DNA of 64,000 bases from Callorhinchus milii (lineage: Eukaryota), in the NCBI RefSeq assembly GCF_018977255.1, contig NW_024704742.1:114206001-114270000 (forward strand). The letters run 5' to 3'. Shown here in pieces: positions 1-11,937 of the stretch; within the stretch, counting starts at the first letter, position 1; every line of letters starts with the position of its first letter. The translations under genes were made by a program, and so were the position numbers. A model generated the notes under the pieces. That model searched no databases, was not told the DNA's origin, and saw only the letters and a program-made list of their open reading frames with translations.

Positions 1-136
1 GCAATTGGCTGCCGCGTTCGCCCACAAATATACAGTCAATTCACTTTACAGTCTATTCTGTGAAGCGCTTTGGGACGTCCTCCCGACGTGAAAAGCGCTA
101 TATCAAATGCAAGGATTATTATTATTATTATTATTA
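1..136 (+). mobile_element. Young tRNA-Ala-derived SINE, 3' part, (TTA)n tail
   Basis: Near-identical to the 3' end of the full copies at 13029 and 62025. Confidence 0.9.
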
Positions 137-224
137 TGGAGGTTCAGGTCTGAGTGTTACCTCTTTGCACTGAAGGTAGCACAGAGTGAACCGCAGTATT
201 GTGGGAAGACACAGAATGAGAGAG

Positions 225-750
225 GTCACTGTCCCGCACCAGGCTTCGGGAACACATCACTCCCACCCTCGCTCGCCTCCACTGGCTCCCCATCCCCCAG
301 AGGATCGAATTCAAGATCCTCACCCTCACCTACAAGGCCATTCACGGCCTTGCTCCCTCCTACCTCTCCGACCTACTATCCCCCTACTTACCTGCCCGTA
401 CCCTCCGTTCCTCTGGCTCCGGTCTGCTCCACATCCCCCGCCCCAACCGCCCTACCATCGGTAGCCGGGCCTTCAGCCTCTCAGCTCCTAGGCTCTGGAA
501 CTCTATCCCCCAGTGCCTTCGCCGCCTCCTCCCTTTCCTCCTTCAAGGCCGGTCTCAAGACCTTTCTCTTTGACCGTGCCCTTCAGCTCCCCTCTCGACT
601 CTCTACCCCCTCCTCGCTCCCTCCCTTCCCTCCCCTCACCCTGACCATTTCCCCCCTGCTCGGGTCCTGACCCAACTGTACAGCGCCTTGGGACGTCCTC
701 CCGACGTGAAAGGCGCTCAATAAATGGAATCTTGTTGTTGTTGTTGTTGT
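225..750 (+). mobile_element. Young L2 LINE, 5'-truncated 3' fragment with (TTG)n tail
   Basis: Encodes the L2 ORF2 end (HITPTLASLHWLPIPQRIEFKILTLTYKA...LWNSIP...FKAGLKTFLF). Nearly identical to the reverse complement of 7640-8172. Confidence 0.9.
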
Positions 751-1563
751 TTCCAAATCCAAGTTGAGTGCCAAGTAGAAGGTGGTCCTGATTTGGAACC
801 AGTCACTTCCTGATTAGATTTTAAAAACTTTTGTTTTTATTTATTTTAAGTTAGTTGCAGGGCAGTTTGTCATAATACAACCTTAGGAGGAATCAGCCAA
901 AATGTCCCATTTAATTACAACAGCACCATCATTGCATCACTGTAATAATGGCACAGGTTTGGCAAACCGCCTACCTCACAGTAACACTGAAGTGTAAATG
1001 GGTTTCAATACAGAAAGCAAGTGAAGCGTACTGGCTTACAGAAGATCTCCTCAGGTCACTTATAAATATGAATAGCCTAGAAGACACCATTGGTGTTGGG
1101 ATGTCTGTTTATCCCAGTTTTTAAATTCATTCTGAAATATGTGGCACATCGCAGACCTTTAAGCAATAATTAATTGCAGTTGTCATTTTTGCTTTTTTAA
1201 TGGAGTTAATTATCACCTTTCCGGGCTGTAGAATTATCACCAACTTCCACTGATTAATAACAAATGTAGGGTTCCTTACAAGAATTTGCTGAAGCACATG
1301 TGCACCTAAACTGCTCTGTGAAATCTAAGTCTTCTCATTATTTATTTCACTGGAACTCCTATTTAATGCATTAGCATCCTTGGCAGAAATGTATAAAAGC
1401 ATATATTTCCATAACTTGAAAATCTTTCACAGTACATAAATTTTGTTGAAATCCTGTTATTTGTCGGTTACCAGTACCTGCAATACATCTGCCAGCCAAT
1501 ATTTTACAGTATTGACCATATAAAGCCTGTAGGAACCTCTAAAGTAGCATTCTTGATCTTTTA

Positions 1564-1707
1564 TCAAAAAGCAGCATTGCGACATTCGACATGTTCCAGA
1601 AAACTGGTGCATGAAGAGGCCGTTTGTTCTATTGATTCAGACCAGGCAACGAGATTTCCAGCCACATGTGGCACCACTCCAGACATCACCTGGTTATAGT
1701 AAGACAC
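1564..1707 (-). pseudogene. ACOT12: ACOT12 terminal exon, intact frame VSYYNQVMSGVVPHVAGNLVAWSESIEQTASSCTSFLEHVECRNAAF*
   Basis: Acceptor ctttctctgctctgatttactag|GTG, then 47 codons plus TGA. Ungapped match to recalled human VSYFNHMSASILPYFAGNLGGWSKSIEETAASCIQFLE. Minus-strand AATAAA at 1341-1346. Confidence 0.88.
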
Positions 1708-3044
1708 CTAGTAAATCAGAGCAGAGAAAGGAAAGATTTGAGTGAGAAATTCAATTGTAATTGTACCTAATGCAGCACAGAGTCGAGAACTTCCCCACTC
1801 AGTCTCAGCAGTTTCCTTGCACTAACAAAACCTCTTCCACCAGGTTTTATGCATTATACAGAAATGTAAATGACTTCAAGGTGGTTAATTATGTCCAGGC
1901 TAACACATGGTTTTAGTTATGCAACTGCAACATTTGAACAATGGATCTAGAAAGTAGGAGGAGCGGAGAGATGGCGAAGGGGAAACACATAACTTTGCTT
2001 TTACATCATGCACAAAACTGCAAATAACAACAGGATGGTGAATACAGGAAAAGTGCTGGCTCAGCTCAATAAGACTTCACCAGTTGAATATCAGTTCTTA
2101 ACGTGACCACATCTACCAAATGAAAACGAAAATGCATTTTCTGATTGAACTATTATAATTACTCTCTCTCTGAATGTCCATTTACATGAATTTTTTTTGG
2201 ATTTTTTTTGATTTTGTGTCCGACAAGTGTGGAAACCCATCACCATGCTTAAGAGTATCCAAACCAAACTGTGAATTTCATGCATCCCACCCATACTTCC
2301 AGAGATTCCAGAGATGGATTGTTGGAATGGAATGCGCACTCTCTCCCTGGAGGGACACATCCTGCTGACCTAATTCCCGAAAGTATTAGGCGCAGGTTGA
2401 CAGCAGTCAGTGCTTGCGGACCCCAGCCTGTGCGTTGGGGTACTGCTGGAGTCTAACAAGCTAAAACTGCAATCCTTACCATGGATATTACTGCCTGGTA
2501 AGCTTTCCCACTGCTTGTCCAGCTAGGACCACCTTACCCATTAGGGCTTTGATTTGCAGAGTGAACAGGAGCTGAGTGGGATGACTCCCTGTCCCCAGTG
2601 ACTGGTCTACCCTTCCAAAACCTGTCAATGTGCTGTCATCTTCAGTGCCCTGGAATACTGCAGATCCACCTGGCTCAGGAACCGGACTACCAAGACCACG
2701 ATAGATGGATGGCTCGATTCTGACATTCCATTGTCAAACATGTTACCTTGATGCCAGCTCACCTCCAAGAAGACCCCAATTACCTCCCCCGCAAGGAGGA
2801 TAGTCTGCGTGAAAAACAGAAGGGAAAATATGTACCAGCGCAGAAGCAAAGGGTTGCGTACGTTACTGATATGCACGTTCTCCTCTAGCAGTCTATAACT
2901 ATAACATTCACTTGCCCTGAAAGTGTCTGACTATTATCGGAAAGTTTTTCTTTGAAAAACAGCTTGCCTTGAAGTCATGGAATCACTTCCTGCTCTCCAA
3001 AAAAGGGGGTCAAGTGATGGATCCAGGAAAATGGTAAGCCCATG

Positions 3045-3863
3045 ACTGCAGTTTTGGCATACTCAATACCGGATAGGTTTCACAAATTAAACATCCAGTG
3101 CTTAGAGCTCTGCATTCTGAGGAGAGACTCACAGCAAACTGTTTGTTTGCTTGCTGTGGAGTAAAGGAGGCACTGCACTACAGAAAAATATGTTAATTTA
3201 TGTAATAAATTGCTTGACCATGACACATAAATAAAATGACATGTCTGCTTATTCACTACCATTGCTACAAGCTGTCTGTAACTGAACTCCTTGCAACACA
3301 TCACCTCTTCTTTGAATAGGGCTGCATCTCCTTCACATTGTTTTTAGGGAGAAGGAAACTAGCGTAGTTAAAATATAAAAGTATGTAAAATGTACCTTTG
3401 CAGGGTCCTCGAGGGTACAAGGATGTGCATGTTTAAAAATGATATTAAATTGCCTGGCATATCTTAACATTTGTGAATAATAATGCACTAAAATTAACTT
3501 CTATTTCATGCATCAATGATGAGAGGATAACAAACCTAAACTGATGCAATGATAGATTTTCCAGGATCTGTGATCCTTTTGGCTTGGTTTTCACTTTGTG
3601 AAATTGCTTTCAGACTGATTGTTGCACTTGCAGAGAGTGCTTATGCAAGTCGAGTCAAAGACAAAGGTCAAAGAGGAGATGGAAAGGCTGGATTGCTGAC
3701 ATCATCACATCTATTCTCACCTCCATTGCTCAGCTGTCCTGTACTTTGTCGATTTTTGCTGAAATCAATGAAAAAGGTTGGGCTTTGGGAGGCTTAATAT
3801 CTTTGTCCTGATCCTATTTTTTTTGTGTTCTTGTGATAAAGATTCTGATCTTCAGTAATGAAA
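3045..3863 (-). pseudogene. ACOT12: ACOT12 remnants of three START-domain exons (about exons 12-14)
   Basis: 3721-3863 (ag..gtgag): TEDQNL(L)S...KDIKPP...DFSK.R versus TLEEHDVLS...KHVGSP...DFTKR. About 3536-3660: TKPK(D)..IL versus DKPKDLVVL. About 3045-3190: AVPP...EL*.TGCLI versus SVPP...EIICAGFLI. All need frameshifts to align. Confidence 0.55.
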
Positions 3864-3904
3864 CTGCTGGTCCAGAGTTTATGATTTGAAGAATTAAATC
3901 TTTA

Positions 3905-4870
3905 ATAACAACTTATATTTATGTTGTGCCTTTCAAGTAAAGGAATGCCTCGAAGAGCTAAGCAAATGCTATGGTGCATACTGAGCTGGGATTGAGAGAT
4001 TTAAAGATGACCAAAGCAGTCAGATAGATATGTTTATAGGAGGGTTTCAAAAGCAGGGAGAGAGGTAGTATGGTAAAGCACTTTTGGAAGAATTCCAAAG
4101 GACAGGGAAATGGGGCCTGAAGACTTTGTCACAACAGATGGAGGAGCAAAGGGAGTGGGGATCAAGCATTAGATAAGAGTCAGAGGAAGAACTTGCATTT
4201 TTAGACAGAGCAGTGTTACGGCTGGAATGTAGTGCTGGAGAAGATTGCATTGAGTTAGTGCACTCATATTTTGATTCATAGCCCTGAGTTTGAATCTGGC
4301 CCAAAATGATAAATGAAAAGTTACTTTCTATGATCACTGTAAAGGTCCGAGGTGAACTTAGTTTGAATGGTCTCAACCCAGTTTTTAGTGGCCCCACATC
4401 ACACAATTCAACACAAATACACTAACTCATTCCCCATCACACCAGTCCTTGCCAGGCTGCGCTGGCTCCCAATTACCGAACAGATCGACTTCAAGTTCCT
4501 CTCACCCGTCTTCATGCCCTCCCACCTCCCTACCTATCTAACCTGCTTAACCCTCAATCCACCACCCGCTGCCTCCACTCGGCTGGCTCCGGCCTCCTGT
4601 TTGGCTCTCGTCCCCTTTGCTCCACCATCGGCGGCTGTGCTCTCAGTCACTATGCCCCGGAGCTGTGGAACTCCCTTCCTCAATCCCTCCATCTTGCCCT
4701 CTCCCTCACCATTTTCAAAACCTGCCTAAAGACCTTCCTTTTTGATTGTACTTATGGTGACTGCCCCCTCCCTCTCCCCCTGGTTTGGGGTCAGACTCCG
4801 CCAATATCAAGCATTCCGGGACACTACCCCACGTGAAGGGCACTATGAAAATGCATGTTATTGTAATGAT
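3905..4870. mobile_element. Old L2 fragments (about 3905-4230 minus, about 4430-4870 plus)
   Basis: ITPVLARLRWLPITEQIDFK...LWNS motifs and degenerate L2 tails. Confidence 0.7.
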
Positions 4871-5585
4871 GTGAGAATAGAAAAACATTACATTTGTACT
4901 GTAATAATTGTTCTTCTAAAGGTTGGGTTGAGGCATCTTGTTGGGTTGCAGTAGAGAGAGACTTAGTACAAATAATAATCCTTACTTTTGATAAAGTGAC
5001 CTTCACATTGGGAGGATGTCTCAAAGCATCCCACAAGATTTTACTGTAAAGTGTAGTGACTTTGTATTTTGTAAGTGAATGGAGCAACAATGGCCCATAA
5101 ACAGCCGAAAAGTCAGCACAAATTGACAATAGTACAACTGTATTTGTGATAATAGAAAATGACTACAGATTTAGCCTACAATGGGCTCTAATTTGTGGAA
5201 TTTGGTAACAGGATTCCTTAATAAAGAATCCAAGTCATACAAATGGGACCTCCTTTCTGGGAATATGCCAGCTCTGCTCTGATTTGATCTACTTCTGGAG
5301 TACTGTCGGGTTGACAGGAAATCTGACAGAATTCCTATTGGGAACTCCATTAAGAAACCACAAATTAGACACACAGACAACACTAGAGTCATGATTCTCT
5401 ACCAAAATAGAGAAAGAGTTTTTTTTGGTTGTTTTTCCAAAATAACTTTAAATGAAGAAATGTTCTGTGATCTTTCTTCAAATCTAGTTTAGATTGTTCG
5501 CCATTAGAATCGGTGGGTGAAAAAATGCGATATGTGATAATTATCACTAGAAGGTGCATTGCTCCTGGAAATGGCCTTGTGTTAA
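4325..5585 (-). pseudogene. ACOT12: ACOT12 remnants of about exons 9-11
   Basis: About 5535-5585 after ccctttggcag: AGG CCA TTT CCA GGA GCA AT- GCA versus RRYRGAIA. About 5215-5275: SQK(E)EVP(L)CMTW(D) versus SHKEEVPLCIHWD. 4325-4415: DVGPLK...TVIIE|gtaac versus NVEALK...TSTVEK. An L2 fragment and a SINE fragment lie between them. Confidence 0.55.
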
Positions 5586-6544
5586 CTGCCAAAGGGTGAA
5601 CAATCCATCCCTGACTTTGTCAAAAAAAAGCTTTGCCTGTGTTTCACAGTTACTGAGACGATGGTCACACATTTCTCAGTATTTTAAGACTTATTTGAAA
5701 ACATACAGGCTTAAATCATCTCAAAAAATGTAATTTTTAAAAGAGAAGTATCGTCTGTGATAATTACCACTTCACAAAACACATTCAATGCATTCTCCCT
5801 GCCCCCTCCCACATAAAGTAGAAATCCATCTGACGAGATGCTATATGACTAATATTACTGTGTGTGAAACTGCTGGAAAGAAGAACCACAGGCAGGTTAG
5901 TATTCATCGTGCAGAGGGCAGCAAAAGTCATTCTGTCTAAAAATAACTGATAGGAGTTATGCTGTTAAGGTAACTGCATGCTGTGCTGTTTCTCTTCAAT
6001 GCGGCTATTTCTTCAATAATTGTCAAAATATCCCCCACAGGAGAGTAAAGTAATAAAATAATAAAACATGCAATCGATTTTTGTTATGAATTTTTTTTAA
6101 CTTACCTTTGCTTTACGTGCTGGTCAATTCCTATCTACATTTACCAGCGTACATTATTAAGAGATACAGCACAGTTGGCAGCTTGAATAGACCTTGGCAG
6201 AGGCTGGGAGCACAAGCAGAGGAGGATTAAACAGTCAGATACAGTATTTAGATAAGTAATGACATGATGACTGCACACAGTGCATACCTGGTGAAATCAC
6301 AGCAGGTGCTGTGAGATTCATACATTTCATGCCAACCACTGTACTTGAATGCTGTGAAGTAGTTTATTATATTCATAGCAGAGAAGATGTTTGAGTGCGA
6401 GACAGGCAGGATTGGTGATGGACAGGCTGGTACTCATTTTTCTATCATCTCAGATAGATACAACAGCTGTGTAACTGGTGAGTGTATCTCCCACAGATGC
6501 TGCATGTCTCTGTTGAAATTACGTTCAGATTATGCATGTGATAT

Positions 6545-6800
6545 ACTGTGTGTATTGTGAGATGCACACACTTCAGGCTCACCCTTACACAGTGTGCTTT
6601 GTGTGATGAACGTATCAGTCTCACCTATTGCACAGTGTGCATTGTGTGATGCACATATCAGTCTCACCTATTACACAGTGTGTTTGGTGTGATGCATGTA
6701 TCAGGCTCAATCTTACACAGTGTACATTGTATTGTGCATTTGTCATTCTCATTCCTACATGGTGTGTATTTTGTGATGCTCGTATGCTCACCTTTACATA
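6545..6800. repeat. Degenerate minisatellite, about 6 copies of a 42-43 bp unit
   Basis: Unit approximately acacagtgtgcattgtgtgatgcacatatcagtctcacctatt, head-to-tail with no spacers. Confidence 0.8.
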
Positions 6801-6857
6801 ATGTTACATTGTCACCCTTTAACTACACTATATTTATTGTAAAGAATTAGCACTTTA

Positions 6858-7182
6858 TGGAGTCCTATAGCTCAGTGGTTAGAGCACTCGCTTTGCAAGT
6901 GAGAGACCTGAGTTCAATTCCAGGCAGAGGGCGAAACCTTGGGCAAGTTTCCTTACTCCACACAGAGCCTAATAATAATCCCTCCAAAGCCAAAAACAAT
7001 AATAAATTGGTCATTTTCAATCTACGACTGTTTGTGGGACATTGCTGTGCGCAATTGGCTGCCACGTTCGCCCATAAATATACAGTCAATTCACTTTACA
7101 GAATGTTCTGTGAAGCGCTTTGGGATGTCCTCCCGACGTGAAAAGCGCTATATCAAATGCAAGGATTATTATTATTATTATT
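6858..7182 (+). mobile_element. Full-length young tRNA-Ala(TGC)-headed SINE
   Basis: A box TAGCTCAGTGG, anticodon arm CTCGC-TTTGCAA-GTGAG, B box GTTCAATTCC, L2-like tail and (TTA)n. Confidence 0.92.
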
Positions 7183-7639
7183 TAATTTTCCTGCTCATTA
7201 CAAATGGCTATTGATCAGAATTTGAGAATACACATGTGAAAATATTAAACAATTAAAATGAAATTATGTTGGAAAATAAAGAAAACATTTATTGAAGTTT
7301 CATCTGGTTCCTTAGTATTCTTAATAATAATTCTTGCATTTTACACAGCACTCTACCATGTTGCTGAAACATCTCAAAGCTTGTCACAGCTCACTTCCTC
7401 CCGACGTGAAAGGCACTATACAAATGTAATCTTGTTGTTGTTGTTGTACAGTGTATTCACAATGTATTTGTAGGCCAATGCAGTAGCTAATTTGTGTACA
7501 GCAATGTCCCATGAACGGCATTTAATTTTAGTTGTTTAATATTTTCACGTGTGTACACTGAAATTCTGAACAATTCACAAACAGGATGAAGTGAACGACC
7601 AATTTTACCTGAGAGTCCCTTGGCCAGGACAATGATGAC

Positions 7640-7640
7640 C

Positions 7641-7671
<31 letters not shown>

Positions 7672-8498
7672 GATTCCATTTATTGAGCGCCTTTCACGTC
7701 GGGAGGATGTCCCAAGGCGCTGTACAGTTGGGTCAGGACCCAAGCAGGGGGGAAATGGTCAGGGTGAGGGGAGGGAAGGGAGGGAGCGAGGAGGGGGTAG
7801 AGAGTCGAGAGGGGAGCTGAAGGCACGGTCAAAGAGAAAGGTCTTGAGACCGGCCTTGAAGGAGGAAAGGGAGGAGGCGGCGAAGGCACTGGGGATAGAG
7901 TTCCAGAGCCTAGGGGCTGAGAGGCTGAAGGCCCGGCCACCGATAGTAGGGCGGTTGGGGCGGGGGATGTGGAGCAGACCGGAGCCAGAGGAGCGGAGGG
8001 TACGGGCGGGTAGGTAGGGGGATAGTAGGTCGGAGAGGTAGGAGGGAGCGAGGCCGTGAATGGCCTTGTAGGTGAGGGTGACGATCTTGAATTCGATCCT
8101 CTGGGGGATGGGGAGCCAGTGGAGGCGAGCGAGGGTGGGAGTGATGTGGTCGCGAAGCCTGGTGCGGGACAGTACACGAGCTGCAGAGTTCTGAATGACC
8201 TGCAGCTTGTGGAGGGAGGTGCCGGGAAGGCCAGCGAGGAGAGAGTTCCCATAGTCCAGCCTTGAGGTGATAAAGGCGTGGACCAGAGTTTCAGCAGCGT
8301 GAGGGGTGAGGTAGTGCCGTAGTCTGGCGACATTGCGGAGGTGATGGAAGGCGGTGCCAGTTGTGGCGCGGATATGAGGGAGAAAGGACAGCTCAGGGTC
8401 GAACAGAACCCCGAGGTTCCTGACTGGCTTTGAGAGGTGGAGAGTGCAGCTTTGGATGCTGATGCTGTCAGCGCCTGAATGATGCTGTCAGCGCCTGA
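7640..8498 (-). mobile_element. Young L2 LINE 3' fragment (about 860 bp)
   Basis: (CAA)n tail at 7640-7670 and an RT C-terminal frame (NLGVLFDPELSFSPHIRA...AETLVHAFITSRLDYGNSLLAG...). Confidence 0.92.
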
Positions 8499-9330
8499 CA
8501 ACAACAACAACAAAATTACATTTGTATAGCGCCTTTCACATTGGGGGGGCCCCCCAAGGTACTGGACAAACAATGTTTTGGACCCGAACTGGAAGTCGGG
8601 ATCAGGGAGGGTGGGGGGCAGGGGGTGGAAGCAGAGTAACCAAAGTCATGGTCAAAGAGGAAGGTCTTGAGACTAGTCTTGAAGGAGGCAAGTAAGGAGG
8701 CGAGGCAGAGGGACTGTGGGATGGAGTTCCAGAGGATGGGGGCAAAGTGGCTGAAGCCTTGCCTGCCAATGGTGGGGCAGGCGAGGTAGGGGATGCAAAG
8801 CAGGCTGGAGCTCACTGAGCGGTTGGAGTGGGCAGGTTGGTATGGAGTTAGGAGGTTTCAGAAGTAAGGAAGAACAAAGTCACGGAGGGCTTTGAAAGTG
8901 AAGACCAGGATTTTGAACTGTATCCTCTGCATGATGGGAAACCAGTGGAGTCGGGCGAGAATGGGAGTGATAGGGTCGCGGAGCCTGGTGCAGGAGAAGA
9001 CACAGAGTTCTGGAAGATTTGCAACCTATGGAGGGAGAAATTGGGGAGGCTGGCAAGCAGGAAGTTTGCATAGTCGAGCCTGGATGTTAAGAATGCATGT
9101 ATGAGGGTCTCGACAGTCTATGGTGTGAGGCGAATCCAAGCAATGTTGCAGAAGTGGGGAAAGGCAGAGTGGGTCATAGCACAGATGTGGGGCATGAAGG
9201 ACACTTGAGGGTCGAACAGGACGCCGAGGTTCCTTATTGGCTTCATGAGATGTAGAGTACATCCATGGAGGGAGATGCTGTCAGCGCCTGAGGTATGAAG
9301 GCACTGATGGGAGCCAAGCAGGAACATCTT
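8499..9330 (-). mobile_element. Older L2 subfamily 3' fragment, head-to-tail with the previous copy
   Basis: (CAA)n tail at 8499-8512. Peptides PIRNLGVLFDP and FSHFAPILWNSIP. Confidence 0.88.
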
Positions 9331-10349
9331 GCATTTATGTAGCACCCCTCACACAGGATAGCGTTCCAGAGCATCCCCTTCTCTTTTCAAATAGCCCCAT
9401 GGGATCTTTAATGTTCTGCTGAATGGACAGATTCCCATTTGGAGTACCTAGTGAACATTCATAAGAGCTACAATATAACACAAACATATTTAGCTCTTTC
9501 CATGGCTAAATCATTATATTAAGAGTGAAAGCAAGCTTTAATTCTTGTACAATCTTATCTCATGTTTCCCATTTGTATAAAATTAGCATGCAAGCTTGGA
9601 GTATGAGATTAGACATTGCAGTATTGTGAAATGACAACAACAGTCAACTAATCAATTAGAGGAACCCAACAGATGTGTCACCTTAATTTGGATGGCGCAT
9701 ATATTGCTGCCTATACTCTGTTGTGTCTGTGAGCTGCCCTTAGGCAGCAATTCATTGTAAACAAGTGATCAAGGTTATTCAAGATTTCCTGCTGTATGTT
9801 TAATAAATAAACTGTGTGTCACTGAATTTTCCACCCATTGTATGAAATGGGTGATATTATACAATGAGTTAATCTACAAAATTAAATGCCATCACTTACA
9901 AACAACTATAACGGTTGCAAGCACATGTTCTTATTTCCTAATGTGTATTACAGTATCAATGACTTACATAGAAATCACAACCATATTGATAATATAATGG
10001 GGTGGAATGGCCTATCCAGCTGGATTTATTAGACTATGGTGAATCTGAAACACTGAATGTCCAGCGCCTTGCAATGTCCTTCCAACGTGAAATGCGCTAT
10101 ACAAATGTAATTTTGTTGTTGTTGTTTTGATCCTAATTCTCTGCCTTTCTCCTTACCCCTTAATACACAAGTATCACTGTTAAACATTTGAATTCATTCC
10201 GTCTTTACAGACTTCTCAGGCTCCCAGTCGGCTCCGTAAAGCTCTTTGAGACTTCCTCCTGCCGTGAAAGTCACTATTTAAATGCCAAATTGTTGTTGAA
10301 GTGCATCCACAGTTTCATAGGGGGAATGATGCATGAAATATTATTTCAT

Positions 10350-10815
10350 AGATTAGACATCTCCCGCCACTGTCTCATAAGGCAGGCCACTGAGACCCTC
10401 ATACACGCATTCACAACATCCTCAACAGGCTCAACTGTGCAAACTCCCTACTTGTGGGCCTCCACAATTCCTCCCGCTGTAGGCTGCAGATCATGCGAAA
10501 CTCTGCAGCCCATGTCTTCTCCTGCACCAGGCTCCGTGACCCTATCACCCAATCCTCGCCCAACTCCACTGGCTTCCCATCACACAGAGGATACAGTTCA
10601 AGACCTGGTCCTCACTTTCAAAGCCCTCCATGGCCTTGCTCTCCCCTACCTCCTCAACCTCCTAACCACCTACCAATCTGCCCGCTCCCTCTGCTCGGTG
10701 GACTCTGGCCTGCTTCACGTTCTCCACCTGGCCTACCCCACCATCGGTGGGCGGGCCTTCAGCTACTCTGCCCCCACCCTCTGGAACTCCATCTCACGGT
10801 CCCTCCACCTCTCAC
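10350..10815 (+). mobile_element. L2 fragment
   Basis: ATETLIHAFTTS...LVLTFKALHGLALPYL...AFSYSAPTLWNSI. Confidence 0.85.
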
Positions 10816-11559
10816 TCGGATTTTGTAGCATTGTAGGAAGCAACAGCAGCCTTGTGGACTGTAGAACCAATCTTTGCTCACACACTAACCACTTGATCAT
10901 AACGTATTGGTCACAACGTCTCAAAGCACTTGACAGGATTTATTGTAGGATGTAGTAACTGCATATTTGTAGGTGAGTACAGCCACCAACTTAGGCACCA
11001 CAGTGTCCCACAAACAGACATTATACTGAGGCTGAAGGAAACTTGCATGTTTGGCTGACACAAACAAATTTAATTTGTTCCAGCTCAAGATATTGGTTTT
11101 GATGACATTCTCCTATCTCCATTAAACACCTGAACAACACCATCTGGTCCATGAGAAATGCAATAGAGAGGAACCTAAAGATGATCTGACTCAGCATAGC
11201 TCTGCTATTTAGCTACTCACAACACTATTAGGAGAGCCTCAGGAAGAATGTTTCTTAGAACTTTACCTTCTTGGAGGTTTCCCCATAAGTGTTTGGGATT
11301 GGTGTGTCACAAATGCCAAAAATTTGTGATCGAGAGAATTATGATCTGACTATGTAGGCTTAAAGGCCAGATGAGCTTTTCTTATTTGATACTTCATAGT
11401 TTTGTGTAGGTAGGATGCATGGAACTCTCAGTTTGGTTTGGATACTCTTAAGCATGGTGACGGGCTACTGCATGTGCCAGACACCCAGCTGACCTCCAAA
11501 GAACTTTCACATTCATCTAGGATGAATCTTCAGACTACATAAAATTAATTCTCGCATTC

Positions 11560-11937
11560 GATATAGCACTCATCACATCAGAAGGATGTCTCAAAGCACT
11601 TCACAGGAATTACAGTGAAATGGAGTGACTATGTATTTGTAGGCAAACGTGGCAGCACAACTGCACACAGCAAGGTCCCACAAATAGCCATGAAACACGC
11701 AGCAATTTTATTTAGGGAATTGTTGGCCAGGACACCGGTAGAAACTTCCTTTTCTTTTGGAATAGTGTCATGGGATCTTAAATATCCTCCTGTACAATCT
11801 GACGTGACCTTGCTTTAACCTTTCATCCAAAGGATGGCACCTGCAACAATACAACACTCCCCCAGCGCTGCATGGGGCTTGAACCCACAACCTTCTGACT
11901 AAGCGGCGAGAGTGCCATTAACTGAGCCAGGCTGACA
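11560..11937 (-). mobile_element. Old Deu-domain SINE (SacSINE/AmnSINE-like)
   Basis: The reverse strand shows a tRNA-like head (...tcagaaggttgtgggttcaagcccc), a Deu core (aagatcccatgacactatt...gtgtcctggccaac) and an L2-like tail. Confidence 0.75.

Noticed and set aside
107..670. Long ORFs 107-670, 7680-8573, 10188-10955 and 41760-42398 as genes
   Set aside because: They are off-frame, antisense or frameshifted readings of L2 and SINE sequence.
780..1560. Exons of ZCCHC9 or CKMT2 expected from human synteny
   Set aside because: No recognisable coding sequence. These genes presumably lie left of the window.
3396..3425. ILV..RGPCK|gta as the end of ACOT12 exon 13
   Set aside because: There is no supporting upstream similarity, and the TKPK remnant at about 3536-3660 is the better candidate.
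6545..6800. CRISPR-like array
   Set aside because: Vertebrate DNA, head-to-tail degenerate units, no unique spacers and no cas genes.
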